In this document: piece after piece, positions 12,601 through 25,460 of the stretch
Layout: each line of letters opens with the position of its first letter
Numbering within the stretch: position 1 is the stretch's first letter
Assembly: GCA_028534125.1 (NCBI GenBank)
Contig: CM052816.1
Coordinates: 41,914,001 to 41,978,000, forward strand
Direction of reading: 5' to 3'
Length of the DNA: 64,000 bases
Origin: Lama glama
Lineage: Eukaryota
Notes under the pieces: generated by a model
Database searches by the model: none
Told to the model about the DNA's origin: nothing
The model's input: only the letters and a program-made list of their open reading frames with translations
Program-made: the position numbers and the translations under genes

Positions 12601-14089
12601 ATCCTTTTTTCCTAGAAACTCATGCTTCCAATATATTAAGTTCTTTCCTAATTGCCACCTCAGGGACACACATGGCCCAGTTACAGCATCATTCAAAACA
12701 AAACAAAAATACTGGCACATGAAAAAGGTAATTGCTACATGATATCAGTTTAACTTGTATCTCTCAAATAACTATAAATTTTAATAAAGTTTGTGTCTCA
12801 TAAAAATACTTCCAAAAATCATCCTTTTTTCCTCCTCTTTTTGGTGCACAACCTACAGGTTCTGATAAGTCTCTTATTTTCTGGAATCTTTCACCCTTCC
12901 TCTCCAAAAAATTTGCCTGAACTTCAACTGATGAGGATTCTTCTGTCCTGTTTTCTTCTTGCCTCATTAGTCTTGTTTCTTTCTACTCATTCTTTAAAGT
13001 CCCTGTATGAAATTTGGGAGAATGGGCTGGTAAAGTTACATTTTATTAAGGGATGAAGGATGGTAAAGGCAGGAAAGAACAAAAAGAAATAGAAGAGCAT
13101 TGACATTTCAGTACATCTTGTTTTCAGCCTTCATCACAGGTGAGCAAACTACCTATTTTAAAATTGTTTTAGGCAACAAAGTTTTCTTCTAAGTTATCAA
13201 CTTTATCTTGAACTTCAAAACAGATTCTTCTTATGATTTAGATTAGAATACAGAACTGTTAATAAATCCTATTTCCTAGAAATTAAAAAAATGTTTTTAA
13301 GATTTTTCATTTCTTCTTCATTGATAAATCAAGGTTGCTCTTCCATATGTATTTTATTCTTCCTATTTTTTTCCAACATTGTCGTTCAAAAGTGTGTTCT
13401 TTCCAGGTTTATTCTATTCATAAAAATTAGAGAAAAATCCCCTCATTTCATGTTTGTCTGGCATTGTGATTCAACAGTCAACAATCATTTACTGATCTCT
13501 AGATATATGTTAGGGACTGAATCCTTTCCTAAATATAAAAAGTCAAGAAGGATAGGAGCTCTGTCATTAAGGCAAGTGATGGTAACCTCCTTGTTGTCCT
13601 AGTCAGTATGTAAGTGGGTGCACTTTTTGAGAAGTTACAATTCCTAGATGATTCATGATGACACATACCCAATTATATTGACTTAAGCCATAGTCTGGTA
13701 GTAATGGGTGCTTCTTACAGAAAACAATTAGAAGGATTCAAAAATGCCCACCCCTCACCAATCCCCAGCAAAATAAAGCCAACTTTGTTTTGTAATATTT
13801 TTGTGGAAAGTTAAGATGTTGGGAAAGAACTTAGTTGTCAGGGAGAAACTTAGGAATCAGGAAGGGTGTTTTAAAAGGCAAGAATAAATTGTTTTAGTAG
13901 ATTTTGGGAGGTAAGAGCCAAACTACTCTTTTGTTTTATTTTGTTTTTTGAGAGAGAAACACACTTTTCTTGGCTGAAACTCAGTTCTACATGAATTGGA
14001 ACTTAGCTAAGAAAAAGAGAGTTAAGAAAGGAGAATATAGTTAATAGAAGATTTAATTGTGAAAATGTAGTAGTTAAGTTTAAGTGCTC

Positions 14090-14230
14090 ATCATTCATTC
14101 ATTGATCCAACAATATTTATTGAGTGTCCACCATGTGCAAGACATTATCTCAGATGCTGAGAATACAGCAATAAAAAAAACAAAAACCAGGCACCTCTCT
14201 CGTCTTTGGGAGCTCTCAGTCTAGGAATAA
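14090..14230 (-). mobile_element. L2 3' end
   Basis: CATTCATTCATTGATCCAACAATATTTATTGAGTGTCCACCATGTGCAAGACATT. Confidence 0.75.
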
Positions 14231-14389
14231 AAATATGTACTTTAAAATTTTTTCTAAGTGTTTAGTATCTACCAAAGGTTCTGTGATAAGCAGGAACTTG
14301 GTGAAATATTCAATAGGTAAGACCTGAATGTCATTCAATAATTATTTGCTGAACAAAAGACACATTCCATGATCTTAAGAAACAAAATC

Positions 14390-14620
14390 TAACAGGAACT
14401 CGACATTTATTGAATCCTTTCTGTGTGTTAAGCGCTTTATGTTGATTAAAAAAAAATTGAATCCTTGCTATATAACTCTGTGAAATAAATACTGTGGTTA
14501 TAGATGAGGAAAGTTGTTTAGATAAGTTAAGTAAATTGGTCATAAGATTTTATAGCCACAGATTTGCAGACCTAAGTTCTGAAAGGAGCAGGGACTCCAG
14601 GGACTCTTAACCACTATATT
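14390..14620 (-). mobile_element. MIR SINE
   Basis: TATAGATGAGGAAAGTTG...AGTTAAGTAAATTGGTCATAAG...CTCTTAACCACTATATT. Confidence 0.6.
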
Positions 14621-14957
14621 ACATTGGGTTCTACTGCTCCCTAGTATGATTGGCAGGTTCTCAGAATCTAAAAGTCTTGTATTTGTTTACTCTCCATTGT
14701 TGATATTGTTACAATACAGGATATAATACAGAAGCTAAGTTAACTATTGCATTAATTCTATGAAAGTTGTCTTACAGTGGTTTATGCCCAACTAAATCAG
14801 CAGTCATCAAATGGAATAGATTAAGATCTACTTACTTAATTGGCATATTGTCTCAGTCAAAAATCATAAACCTACCACTTCCTGCTTGTCACAGTTCTGG
14901 TTGTAAGTTACACTTCTGGGATAGGACCTTAAATCTCAATTAAAAAATAAGTAAACA

Positions 14958-16385
14958 AAACAGTATGGTATGTCACAAAAACAGACACAATGATCAATGA
15001 AACTGAATAGAGAGCTTAAGAAATAGACCCACATACATATGGTCAATTATGAGAAAGGAGGAAAGAATATGCAATGGAGTAAAGGCGTTCTCTTCAGTAA
15101 GTGGTGTTGGGAAGATCAGACAGCTACATGTAAAAGACTGGACCATTTTCTCATACCATATATAAAAATAAACTCAAAATGGATTAAAGACTTAAATGTA
15201 AAACATGAAACTATAAAAATCCTAGAACAAAATATAGACAGTTTGCTCTTTGGCATCAGTCTTAGCAATATTTTTGGATCTGTCTCCTCAGGCAAGGGAA
15301 ACAAAAGGAAAAATAAACAAGTAAGACTACATCAAACTGAAAAGCTTTTGCACAGTGAGGGAAACTATTAACAAAAAGGCACCCTACTGAATGGGAGAAG
15401 ATATTTGCAAATGATATGTCTTATAAGGGATTAATATCTAAAATATATAAAGGATTCATAAAACTCAATAGCAAAAAATATACAATTCAATTAAAAAACA
15501 GCCAGAGGTCCTGAATAAACATTTTCCCAAAGAAGACATATAGATGGCCACCAAGCATACGAAAAGATACTCAATGTCACTAATCGTCAGGGAAATACAA
15601 ATCAAAACCACAGTGAAATATTACCTCACACCTGTCTGAATGGCTGTTTTCAAAAGACAACAAATAAGTGTTGGCAAGAATGTGGACCAGTGAACTCTCA
15701 CGCACTATTGGTGGGTATGTAAGTTGGTGCAGCCTTTATGGGAAACAGTGAGGAAGTTCCTCAAAAAATTGAAAATAGAACTACTATATGATCCAGCAGT
15801 TTCACTCTGAGTATCCAAAGAAAACTAAGACACTAAGTTTAAAAGATATATACACCCCAACATTCACTGCAGCATTATTTATGGTAGTGAAGATGTGGAA
15901 GCAACCTTAGTGTCCACTGACAGATGAATGGATTAAGAATGATATATATGCACAATGGAATATTACTCAGCCATTAAAAAATAAAACCTTGCTATTTGCA
16001 ACAACATAAATGGACCTGTTAAGTGAAATAAGTCAGAGAAAGACAAAAGCTTCTTTTCACTTATATGTGGAATCTAACAAATAAAACAAATGAACAAATA
16101 TGACAAAACAGAAACAGGCTCACAGATGGAAAGAACAAACTAGTGGTTGCCAGAGGGGAGGTGTGGTGGGGGAGGGATGGGTGAAATAAATGAAAGTGAT
16201 TAAGAGATACAAACTACCAGTTGTAAAACAAGTCACAGAGATGTAATGCACAGCACAGGAAATATAGTCAATAATATCCTAACAACTTTGGTGCATAATC
16301 TATAAAAATATTGAATCACTATGTTGTATGCCTGAAACATAATATTTTAAACCAAATATACTTCAATTAAAAAAAAGGAAAAATA
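14958..16385 (+). mobile_element. 5'-truncated L1 (ORF2 C-terminus and 3'UTR)
   Basis: ORF 15039-15371 reads [34 protein letters not shown] (L1 ORF2 C-terminal region); 3'UTR ends ATACTTCAATTAAAAAAAA. Confidence 0.95.
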
Positions 16386-16600
16386 AATTTAGTTGTTGTG
16401 GTTGTTTAAATTCCTTGTCATCAACTATTTTCCAGTGATTTTTGAAAAAATTCTACTCAGTATTCTGTTCATTTAATTTACACAATGTCAGATCATCTTT
16501 ATTTGTTAGGTACTGTTTATGTACTGGAAATGCCACAGGGAAAGAAGCATCCATGGTCTCTTGAAACTATATTGTGGGTGGGAGGGGTAAGAAGACAAAA

Positions 16601-16646
16601 ATCAATCAATCAATCTATCCACCCACCTACCTACCTACCTATCTAG
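16601..16646. repeat. Compound tetranucleotide repeat (TCAA/CCCA/CCTA)
   Basis: atcaatcaatcaatctatccacccacctacctacctacctatcta. Confidence 0.85.
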
Positions 16647-18429
16647 GAGATGACAGTAAATATTAAGAAGAAAACTAAACTAGAATGAGAGAAGAAGACT
16701 GAAAGAGAGTGCAGTTAATAGGTAGATTAGGAAGAGCCTCTTGGTTGAGGTGACATTTGAGCACATACTTGCAGGGAGGGAGAGTTTGCTACGAGGGTAT
16801 CTGAGAAGAGTCTTCTCGTCAAGGAGGCTTTTCTTTTGTGGATATGAGTCTTCCACAGTAATGTATGCCAGCTGTGAACACTTTATTTCTCTATGTATTT
16901 CTTTGTTCTTTTATTATTTGCTGTTTTCTGTGGTTGCAGATTTTATACTGTTTTGTCTTTTAGATGTCCTTGTGTGCTGAAGGGTGTGAGAACTTAGAGT
17001 TTTGTAACCTGGAGGAATTTTTAAATGACCTGATAAGCCCTTGCATCTTAAGACTATTCTGAATAAGTAAAAGTTGAGAAAAAGGTTTATTTTGCCAACA
17101 GTGGCAAGATTTATCACTAATAAACTGGTCCCAGATCAGGAAAGTAAATCATATTAAACTAGCAATTATGACTGGTTTGTGAATACTATAGCTAGTAAAT
17201 AGTCCTTCCTCTTTTAAAAAAAGACATGAGAACACATTTGAGATAAAAGAGGCACTGAAGCTCATTAGAATATTATTTTTAAGAAATTAAGGTGGGAAAA
17301 TTACCTTGGCAAAGAAATATAACTATGTAGAAATGACACAACTGGCATTTAAAACTATTACCAAATAATTTAGGAATCTTATAAAATAAGAACAATTACT
17401 TCATTTAAATAGATGAAGTCAGAAATCAGTGCTACCATTTTGTCTATACTTTTGTTTGGATACTTGAGCAACCTTATAGGGCTGATTTTTAATTTACAAT
17501 GTGGATGACACTGAAGTATGCAGTTAGATTAGTCCCATTTATGATAGTAAATCACAAACGTAAAGAGAGTAAGTTTGCCAAATATATTAAAACAAACCAT
17601 AGAAATGATATCCTGCTTGCTTGAATCTGATTCGTATCTATATATGCACCACCCAGGCACAGAACTTAACCTTACTTCATGAGAAAGATGATTCCATCTG
17701 GAACATATCCAGTCCAAATTTAAATTCTTCTGATACCAGAATTTTTTATTCTGTTTCAGTTTGAGAAGCAAGTGATAAACACACCTATTTCAAAATAGTT
17801 AAGGTCAATGATCTTTTGTCGACCTCAGTTAGATTGTGAATTTAACACATCAAGCAACATGTTAAAATTTAAAATTATTTTGGATTTACTTTGATGGCCT
17901 TTTTTTTAATCATCATAAGGTGCTTTTGAACAAAAGTTAACTATCTCCTATGTGCTTTTTCTTTTGTAGGTTGCTCTGGAGACATTTTACTTTTAAATAA
18001 ACTTGTCTTGATCTATATGAAAATACACATATCTTATTATATAATATCAACTACGTTAGAAAGAATGTTATCGATTAGATAGTCAAAAGTAATACAAAAT
18101 TGTGCAAAAAAAAAAAAAGTTGAAAAAAGTAAACCTTGTTTTTGGTATGGAGTTACAAAGGAGTCTGAGTTGTCTTTTAGTACCAAAATCTCCATCCAAA
18201 GGAAAAAAAGCATATATTAGAAAGTAAAAATCAAAATAAGGGGATAATGAAATAGAAAGAAATGTATATTGGAGTATTATAGACAAAGCTTCATTAGGAA
18301 AAAAGAGCTTATTTTTTTGTGCTATTGAAGGATATGAGATAAAATAAGAGGAATTTTGAAGAACATTTTTTTGTTTCTTTTGAAAAGTACTATGTCCATA
18401 ATAAATAATTAAAACAGTAACAAAATGAA

Positions 18430-20200
18430 AAAGTTAAAACCAAGTAAGTCATCTTCCAACAGCTGACCTAGATCTTGTAGACTCTCCTAGAGGTAATCCT
18501 TGCAAATAGTTTATTTGGCTATATCATTTTAGAAATGTTTTACACATATGCAAACAAATAAATGCCTACATATATATAAATTGAACACATACAGATGCAT
18601 ACTTGCATTAGAGACAGTGTTTTGTGCTTGTGTTACTTATGTATCTTGGAGACAGTTCCAATTCTGCACTTATAAATACACTTAATTCGTTTTATTTTGC
18701 TTTAATTTTGTTCGTTTGAGCAAGTAATAGAGACAATGTCACAAAATTAAAAACTCGCAAAAATTATAAGGCTGAAAGTTAGTTGCCCGTCCTCCAGCCA
18801 CTCAGTCCTATTCATTAGCAATATCCATGTGATATATTTCCAGAGATTTCCAGATATTCCCTTTAGTTACAAACATATATAATAACCCCCCCAACACACA
18901 TACTCAAAGTTTCATAATATGCAAATTGATCTGCATTTTAAAAATAAAACAAGTTGTCTTGGAGATGTTTCAGCATGTATAAAGCTGCTTAATTTTTTTT
19001 CACAGCTGCATGATATTCTCTGGTATATATGTATCATAAATTATTTACTCAGACCCCTTCGATAAAAATTTTCCATATTTTATTACTATACAAAAGACCA
19101 TTGTACACACTTTAAAATATACACTGAGCATATATAAGAGTATATATTAAGATTTACTCCTAGAAGTTGAATTGCTGGAACAGAGTCTTATGCAAATAAA
19201 GTTTTAATAGATGATATCAAATTGCTCTCCGCAGTTGCTGCACAAATTTGCACTTCTACCAGCAAGCTACAAGATACTTTATCACACCCTTTACAGCATA
19301 ATCTAAAACAAAAATTACTTTTTTTCTGATCTAATTGACTTTTTATCATTGTTACCTCATTTTGGCTTTATTTTGTATTTCCTCTTTTTATAAGTGTAGT
19401 TGAGTATCTTTTTGTATTTTTAAATCAATTGCTTTTCCATTTCTGTGAACTCTCTTCCTATACTTCTCTTTTGAGCTGTTGGTCTTTCTTACTGATTTGA
19501 TGGAAATATTATATACTGAAGTAATTTACTGGGTATTTATAATATAACTCTATCTATTTCTTCCAAGTGTGTCATGTGTTTTTTGACTTTGCTTATTGTA
19601 TTATTTTTCTAGCCATACTTTTTTTTTTTAATGCTCTGAAATTTTAATCTTTATTTTATGGCTTTTTTTGGGGTTTAGGTTATTTAATAGTCTGAACTTT
19701 AACTTGTAATCAAGTGTGTTATAGAAATACATTTTTCCCCAGATAATCCACCGGTTGTCCCAACACCATTTGCCAAATGATTAATTTTTAATGTAAATTT
19801 GAAATGTCAACTTTATCATATTCTCAATTCCCAGAGGTATCGAGTACTATCTCTGGATTTTTATTTTATTCCTTTGATTTTCAGTCCTTCTGATATCAGA
19901 TTGATTTATACTGGCTGAATAATATTTAGTATATGGTAAAGCTAGACCCTTTACTGCCTTTTCAGATTTTCTTGGCTCTTTTTGAATGTATTTTTTTCCA
20001 TAACTACTTTTGAACTGACCCTCTAGTCAAAAAAAAAAAAAAAAAGAAACGTAGATAATCAGATATAGACATTAATACAGAAATAATAGATACTGACATT
20101 TGGGGGTATTGAATTATATTTATTGATTGGGTCAGGAAGCATTGACAGTTTTCTGGTTTCTAGTGTTTCAATCTAATAAGGTAGGTTATTTTTTATCTGC
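18430..20200 (-). mobile_element. Old L1 (L1MC/ME-type) fragments
   Basis: CTCCTAGAAGTTGAATTGCTGG, CAAATTGCTCTCC...TTGCACTTCTACCAGCAAG, GTTGTCCCAACACCATTT: reversed L1 ORF2/3'UTR motifs. Confidence 0.75.
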
Positions 20201-21351
20201 ATTAATATTCATGCAGTCATTTTAGATAGTTTTTAATTATGTTTGCTAATTGATTTTTGTGTATTTTCAAATCATCAATGTTATATTATTAGATTCTTTT
20301 TTTTTGTAATAGTATATTCATATTTGTAATAGTACTTGTTATTATTAGTGGTAGTGGTACTGGGTGTAGTAATGATAATAATAATGATTCTTTTTGCTTA
20401 CCCAAGAAATCCAATAGCATTTGCAAGTAATGATAATATTTATCCTTGGATATTTCTTGTTATTCTTTCATATATATGTTTGTATATTTATATACATATA
20501 TGTACATATATACAAATATATATATTATATATAAAATATTTATATGTCTATATTTTCTCTGTCATAATCATTTAAGAAGGACTTCAAAACATTTCTTGTA
20601 TACTTGTTTATGTTGATTGTTATTAATTTCTACTTCAATTGAATTATGCTCAGAGGACATTGTATTAGTTTTATTTTGAAATTTATGGAGAGTTTTATGA
20701 GGCTTATAATAATTTTTATAAATGATCTTGGGAAAGCTAAAAAGAACATGCATTCCGTGCTTTCAGATTTAACTCATTGAGTATGCTGTTTGGGCCTTTG
20801 CATATGTGCTTAATTTTGTTCGTATGATCTGTCACATACTGATTGAAAAAATACGACTCCCTTTTTCTTTTTTCTTCTTTTATTTTGTGATGTTCTTGGG
20901 TAAGAATATTGATGCTATACTATTTGGTGTATATTATATTTTTAAATTCTGGAACTCACTATTGATAGTACTCTTTGGCAATAGAAACTGCCTTTTTTTC
21001 CTTTAATTCTCCTTTTCTTTGACTTCACATTTTTAAATATTATAATTGTTTTATATGACTGTTCATATTTTTATCTTTAACATTGTTTTTGTTTCTGTGT
21101 TTATAAGTACTTTGTGATTTACTCTTGAGATTTCTTTCTCATTTTAAGGATGTGTTTTCCCTGTTTGCACTTATCGATTTAAGTGAAGAGACATATTTCT
21201 AGTCCCAGAGAAACAGTTTATAAATACGTTCTGGGTGTACTGCTTCTTTCTGAGTCTTTCATTCCAAGCAATATCTTTTTGTCTGTAGGTTATTTTCTGT
21301 TTCTCCAGAGATTTTGTTCTAGTGATTACTTTTATAATTACACCTTTATAT

Positions 21352-23856
21352 CACTGCTACTCAAAGGGTAGTCTGTGAACTCGTGCTGGTCTGCAAATTG
21401 TTGGTTACTGATTCATACAGATATGAGTGCAGAATTTGTGAATATGCTTTTAGAAACATATAGGAGTCGATGATGCAACATCCAAGCCTGTGATCAGTTA
21501 ACAACTCTTGATGAACCGGATTTTAAAAGCAGTTTGGATGTTATTGTGCCCATGCTATGAGTCACAAATAGTCACACATGCATACTGGTTTCACTCAGTA
21601 AGACTGTGATACAGTGTATAACATCTTAAGGTTAATTTGTCAACAGTCATGGGTACATAAATAAACTGAAGAAAGTGTAAGAATTATCAACAAAAGTTAG
21701 GAAACTAGAACAGAATTTCTCCAGACAGTTATTACATATTCTACAATTTAAACAATTTCCAGTTGAAATTGGAAATCATATTTGTAGTGAAATTTATCAT
21801 CAAACCCCTTATGCACTTGAATTTTATTTTCAATCAAAAAAATCTTGATAGATAGGTAATTCATGTAATCATTTTTGTTATTCATAGATAATTTAAATTT
21901 AACTTTTACATTGCAGAGTAAATAGTTGGACTGACTGCTGATGAAGGATTGAAGATACAGTTTAAAAAATAAAGAACAAATAAATTATAATCATTTTAAA
22001 TTAATTTTAAAAGTATAAAATTAAATTTAAAATTTTAGAGTTATAAGGCAACATCTATCCCATTTTAGAAAGAAAGTAAAACTAAATTTTCTGATTTTCT
22101 TAATATGACTTTAAAATGTCTTCTTTCTAGTCAATATAACTTTCAAGATTGGCTTCTACTACTAAGACTGGCTTTTACTACTATGAATTCTAGTAGAGTA
22201 AAACATAAAAACAGTTTATATGTACACTATCCATTTTTAGTAGCATTATTGTCAACCCAGTCTAGATGAGTTAACAAGCAAGAAGCACATGCATTTGTCA
22301 TGTTAAAAACTTTGAATATTGAAAAATAGGGTTTATTTAAAGTGTCCATTTAATAAAAGGAATCATTTAATATGGGGACTCACTCTAAAAATTAGAGTAT
22401 AATAGCAATTCTCTATTAATTATATTCATATTTTCAGTAAATAATGTATATAGTTATGTTACTTCCTATTTTTGTTCATATTTTTAAACTTCATTTATTA
22501 AAATGTAATGTCATATCTTTTGAATCTAACAATATGAAAGGAGGTTGTATTTTGTATCTGTCTTTTTTTCTGGTAATTCATTCTTTTTATTGAGGTATAA
22601 TTCACATAGCATATAGTTCACTTACTATAAATCTACTGCTTACTAATTTTTCAGTAAATGTATACAGGTTTGCAACCATCACCACAATCCAGTTCCAGAA
22701 CACTTATATGACCCAAAAAAACTTCCCTCTTGCCCACTTGCAGTCACTTTGTGTTCCCATCCGCAGCTATGGGAAAACATTGTTCTGGTTTCCTTCTCTA
22801 AAGTTTTGTCTCCCCTGACATTTCATGTGAATGTTCTCATACAATGTGAAGTCTTTTGCATCTGGCTTCTTTTGCTTAGCCTAAGGAGTTTTTTTGATTT
22901 GTAGCATGTGCTAAGAGATTCTTTCTTTCTTTTTTTTTTAATTACTGAATTATATTCCATTGTATGGCTTCACTAAATATTATTTATCTATTTACCAGAT
23001 ATTGGTGGCTATCTGGATTATTTCCAGTTATTGGCTATTATGAATAATGCTGCTGTGAATATTGAAAAATACATGACAGTTTTCAGTTCCCTTGAATACA
23101 TACCAAGGAGTAAAATTGCTGGGTCACATATAATAAATGTACATTTAACTTTATAAGAAACTGCCAAACTCTTTTCCAAAGTGGCTATGCTATTTATCTT
23201 TGAACCGATTCTTGTTTCTCTATATCGTTACCAATACTTTGTGTTGTCAGTCGTTTGTATTTTAGCCATTCTAGTGTTCATGTCACGGCATCTCACTGTG
23301 ATTTTATTTATATTTCTCTGAAGACCAATGATGCTGAGCATCTTTTCATGTAAATCATCCACCCTATGTCTATCAATAAATATGTCAGTTGGGGAGCATA
23401 TTCAGTGCTTGGCCATTTCTCACCCGCCTGACTCCAAAACTTCTGGTTTGGACCTTGAGTTGGTAAAACTGCTATTCTCATCAACAGGGCTGAGAGTGGG
23501 GATACAAGTGCATCCAGGAAAGAACAGAGACTTCTGCTGTTTTTTTATCTGAGGCTCTAGGAATTCTTCCAGAATAAGCAGTTTGATTTGTTATCTATCC
23601 TTCATTAATTTGTAGATCCCAGAATGGCTATTTTGACAATCTTGTCCATTTTTATAACAGTTTCGTGGTGGGGAGTGAAGCGTGATGTTGGAGGGGGGGA
23701 TCTGCCAACTTCATCACATTACCATAGCTAGAGCCTCATCTTTGGTAATTGTTACTATATATTTTAGTAAAATAACAGTCTATGATGGATTGGAAGTTTT
23801 AAAAAGAAGGAGAAAGAAAACCGGATATTACACCACAGATAGCTTAAGAAGCATTG
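21352..23856 (+). mobile_element. Charlie2-like hAT DNA transposon (interrupted)
   Basis: Degenerate TIRs CACTGCTACTCAAAG (21352) and CTTAAGAAGCATTG (ends 23856); 8-bp flanks CTTTATAT and CTTCCTAT (6/8); 22200-22310 translates KHKNSLYVHYPFLVALLSTQSR / DELTSKKHMHLSC, like the hAT C-terminus KHRNSL..HYPLRVALSSIQPRLDKLTSKKQAHLSH. Confidence 0.75.
22580..23740 (-). mobile_element. L1MB-like element inserted in Charlie2 (3' end plus probable 5' end, internally deleted)
   Basis: TTTTTATTGAGGTATAATTCACATAGC 3' terminus at left; L1 3'UTR/ORF2 motifs to ~23350; TGGTAATT on both flanks. Confidence 0.75.
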
Positions 23857-24134
23857 CTTCCTATTAGTCACTTACATTTCTGTCCTTTACACAGTGTCTC
23901 TTTACTCACCACTGTGATTACTGGCATAATTGGTTATTTTAATTTTTCCTCCTTTTCTCCCTTGTTTCCACATTTGACTTCAGAAAGTTAGATTTTTTTT
24001 TTTTAGTATTTAACTTTATGGATACAAATTTATACAGATATTTTTGTTATCACTTTACCAACTTTTAAATGTTAATATAAATCCCAGATACTAGAGATGA
24101 CACAATCAACCTATCTGCACTTCCACTTGTCTGT

Positions 24135-24427
24135 CTTTATTTCTTTTTTTTTTTTTTACATAATGATTCTAAATAGCTTATTCATAATAGTCCCAGATTG
24201 GAAACAGCTCAAGTGTCTATCAAAAGTTTAATAGATAAGGAATATTCATACCATGGAATACTGCTCAAGAATGAAAAAAAGAATGGACTGAAGATACCAC
24301 AAATAACATGTATGAATCTTAAAAAAACATTATGCTGAATGAAAGACTCCATTCAAGAATATGGTCTGATTCCATTCATATGAATCTCTGAAACAGAAAT
24401 ACAATCTATAGTAACAAAGCCTATCAG
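24135..24427 (-). mobile_element. Poly(A)-tailed retroposed insert whose body is antisense old L1 (L1MC/ME) sequence
   Basis: Poly(T) 24136-24157; TSD TCCACTTGTCT(G/C)T at 24122-24134 and 24428-24440; the L1 body reads sense on +. Confidence 0.75.
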
Positions 24428-24719
24428 TCCACTTGTCTCTAAGTTCTACTTTTGAATTTTATTAATTATAAGATGTCTGTATCATCAGTGTTTATATTCA
24501 CAATCTCTTCTGTAATCATAATCTCATTTATTTCGGTATACGACCTGAAGTAAATGATCGCTACCGGGTTGGTTTGTTGTTTGTTTTGTAGGTCCGTCGA
24601 CATTTGGTTAGCTGATATAAATGTTAAGCTCTTCTTCAGGAAGAGTAGAAAATCTACTTCCTGGAAAGTAGATTATGAGTCTTTTCATGTTGTCCTATTT
24701 GTTGGCTACTACCCACATA

Positions 24720-25460
24720 TGAAGATGACCAAATTGTTAGGTCACCTTTCCTTTCCTTTAGAATGTGGTAGATAATGCTTTACCAGTGTTTAATATTACT
24801 CTAGAATAAAAGGTTACTGACTATTTTTCTTTTGGAAATAGTTTGAATTTTGTGTCTGGATATCCAGTAACTTTATTAGGGCATGTTTCAATGTTGATCA
24901 TTTTGTATCAGTGTATTTTGCAGCATGGAGTACCTTTTCAACCTGTAGATTAAATAATTCATTCATCATAAATATTTCCTTTAAATTTCATCTTCACGTA
25001 TTTTTTTGTGTGTCACTATTTTGGTTCTTCTATTTGGGGGAACCAAAATGTGCCATGATTGGTCTCTTTTGGGCTTATCTTCCTTAACGTTTACTTTATA
25101 ATCATTTTCATTGTTCATTTCCATTTCACTTTATTTACTTTTTTCAATCCTGTCCTTTATATTCTTTACTCTCTTTTTAGTGGTATCTATTCTGAGCTCC
25201 TTCAACAATGTAGTTCATTTCTGTGATTTTATTTGTTCTCTTTCTACTTTTTTTTTTTTACTGAACTCTGACAATGAGCTGCCTCCCGTGCAAACTTGGA
25301 CAATTACATCTGCTTTTATTCTTTGTTATAAAGTAATTGATTTCTTGATTTTTAAACATTTACGAGTTCTGTATGGTAAAATTTTTCGTTTGTTCTTTGG
25401 TGACAGTTTTCTGATGTGCTTTTTTCTTTGGTTATTTGTTTCTTTTATTTCTTTCCTCCT
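24720..25460 (-). mobile_element. Very old L1/HAL1 ORF1-region fragment
   Basis: T-rich strand with GCATGGAGTACCTTTTCAACCTGTAGATT and TTCTTCTATTTGGGGAACCAA motifs; explains the Phe/Leu-rich ORF 25111-25578. Confidence 0.5.

Noticed and set aside
15039..15371. L1 ORF2-like ORFs here and at 29778-30883 and 34820-35143
   Set aside because: Fragments of truncated L1s with stops and frameshifts; not host genes or active elements
17529..17771. 80-aa minus-strand ORF and nearby splice-like signals
   Set aside because: No recognisable protein similarity; weak splice sites; length expected by chance
22120..22310. ZMYM6/ZBED-like peptide as a host exon
   Set aside because: Frameshifted, lies between hAT TIRs and has no splice context; transposase relic
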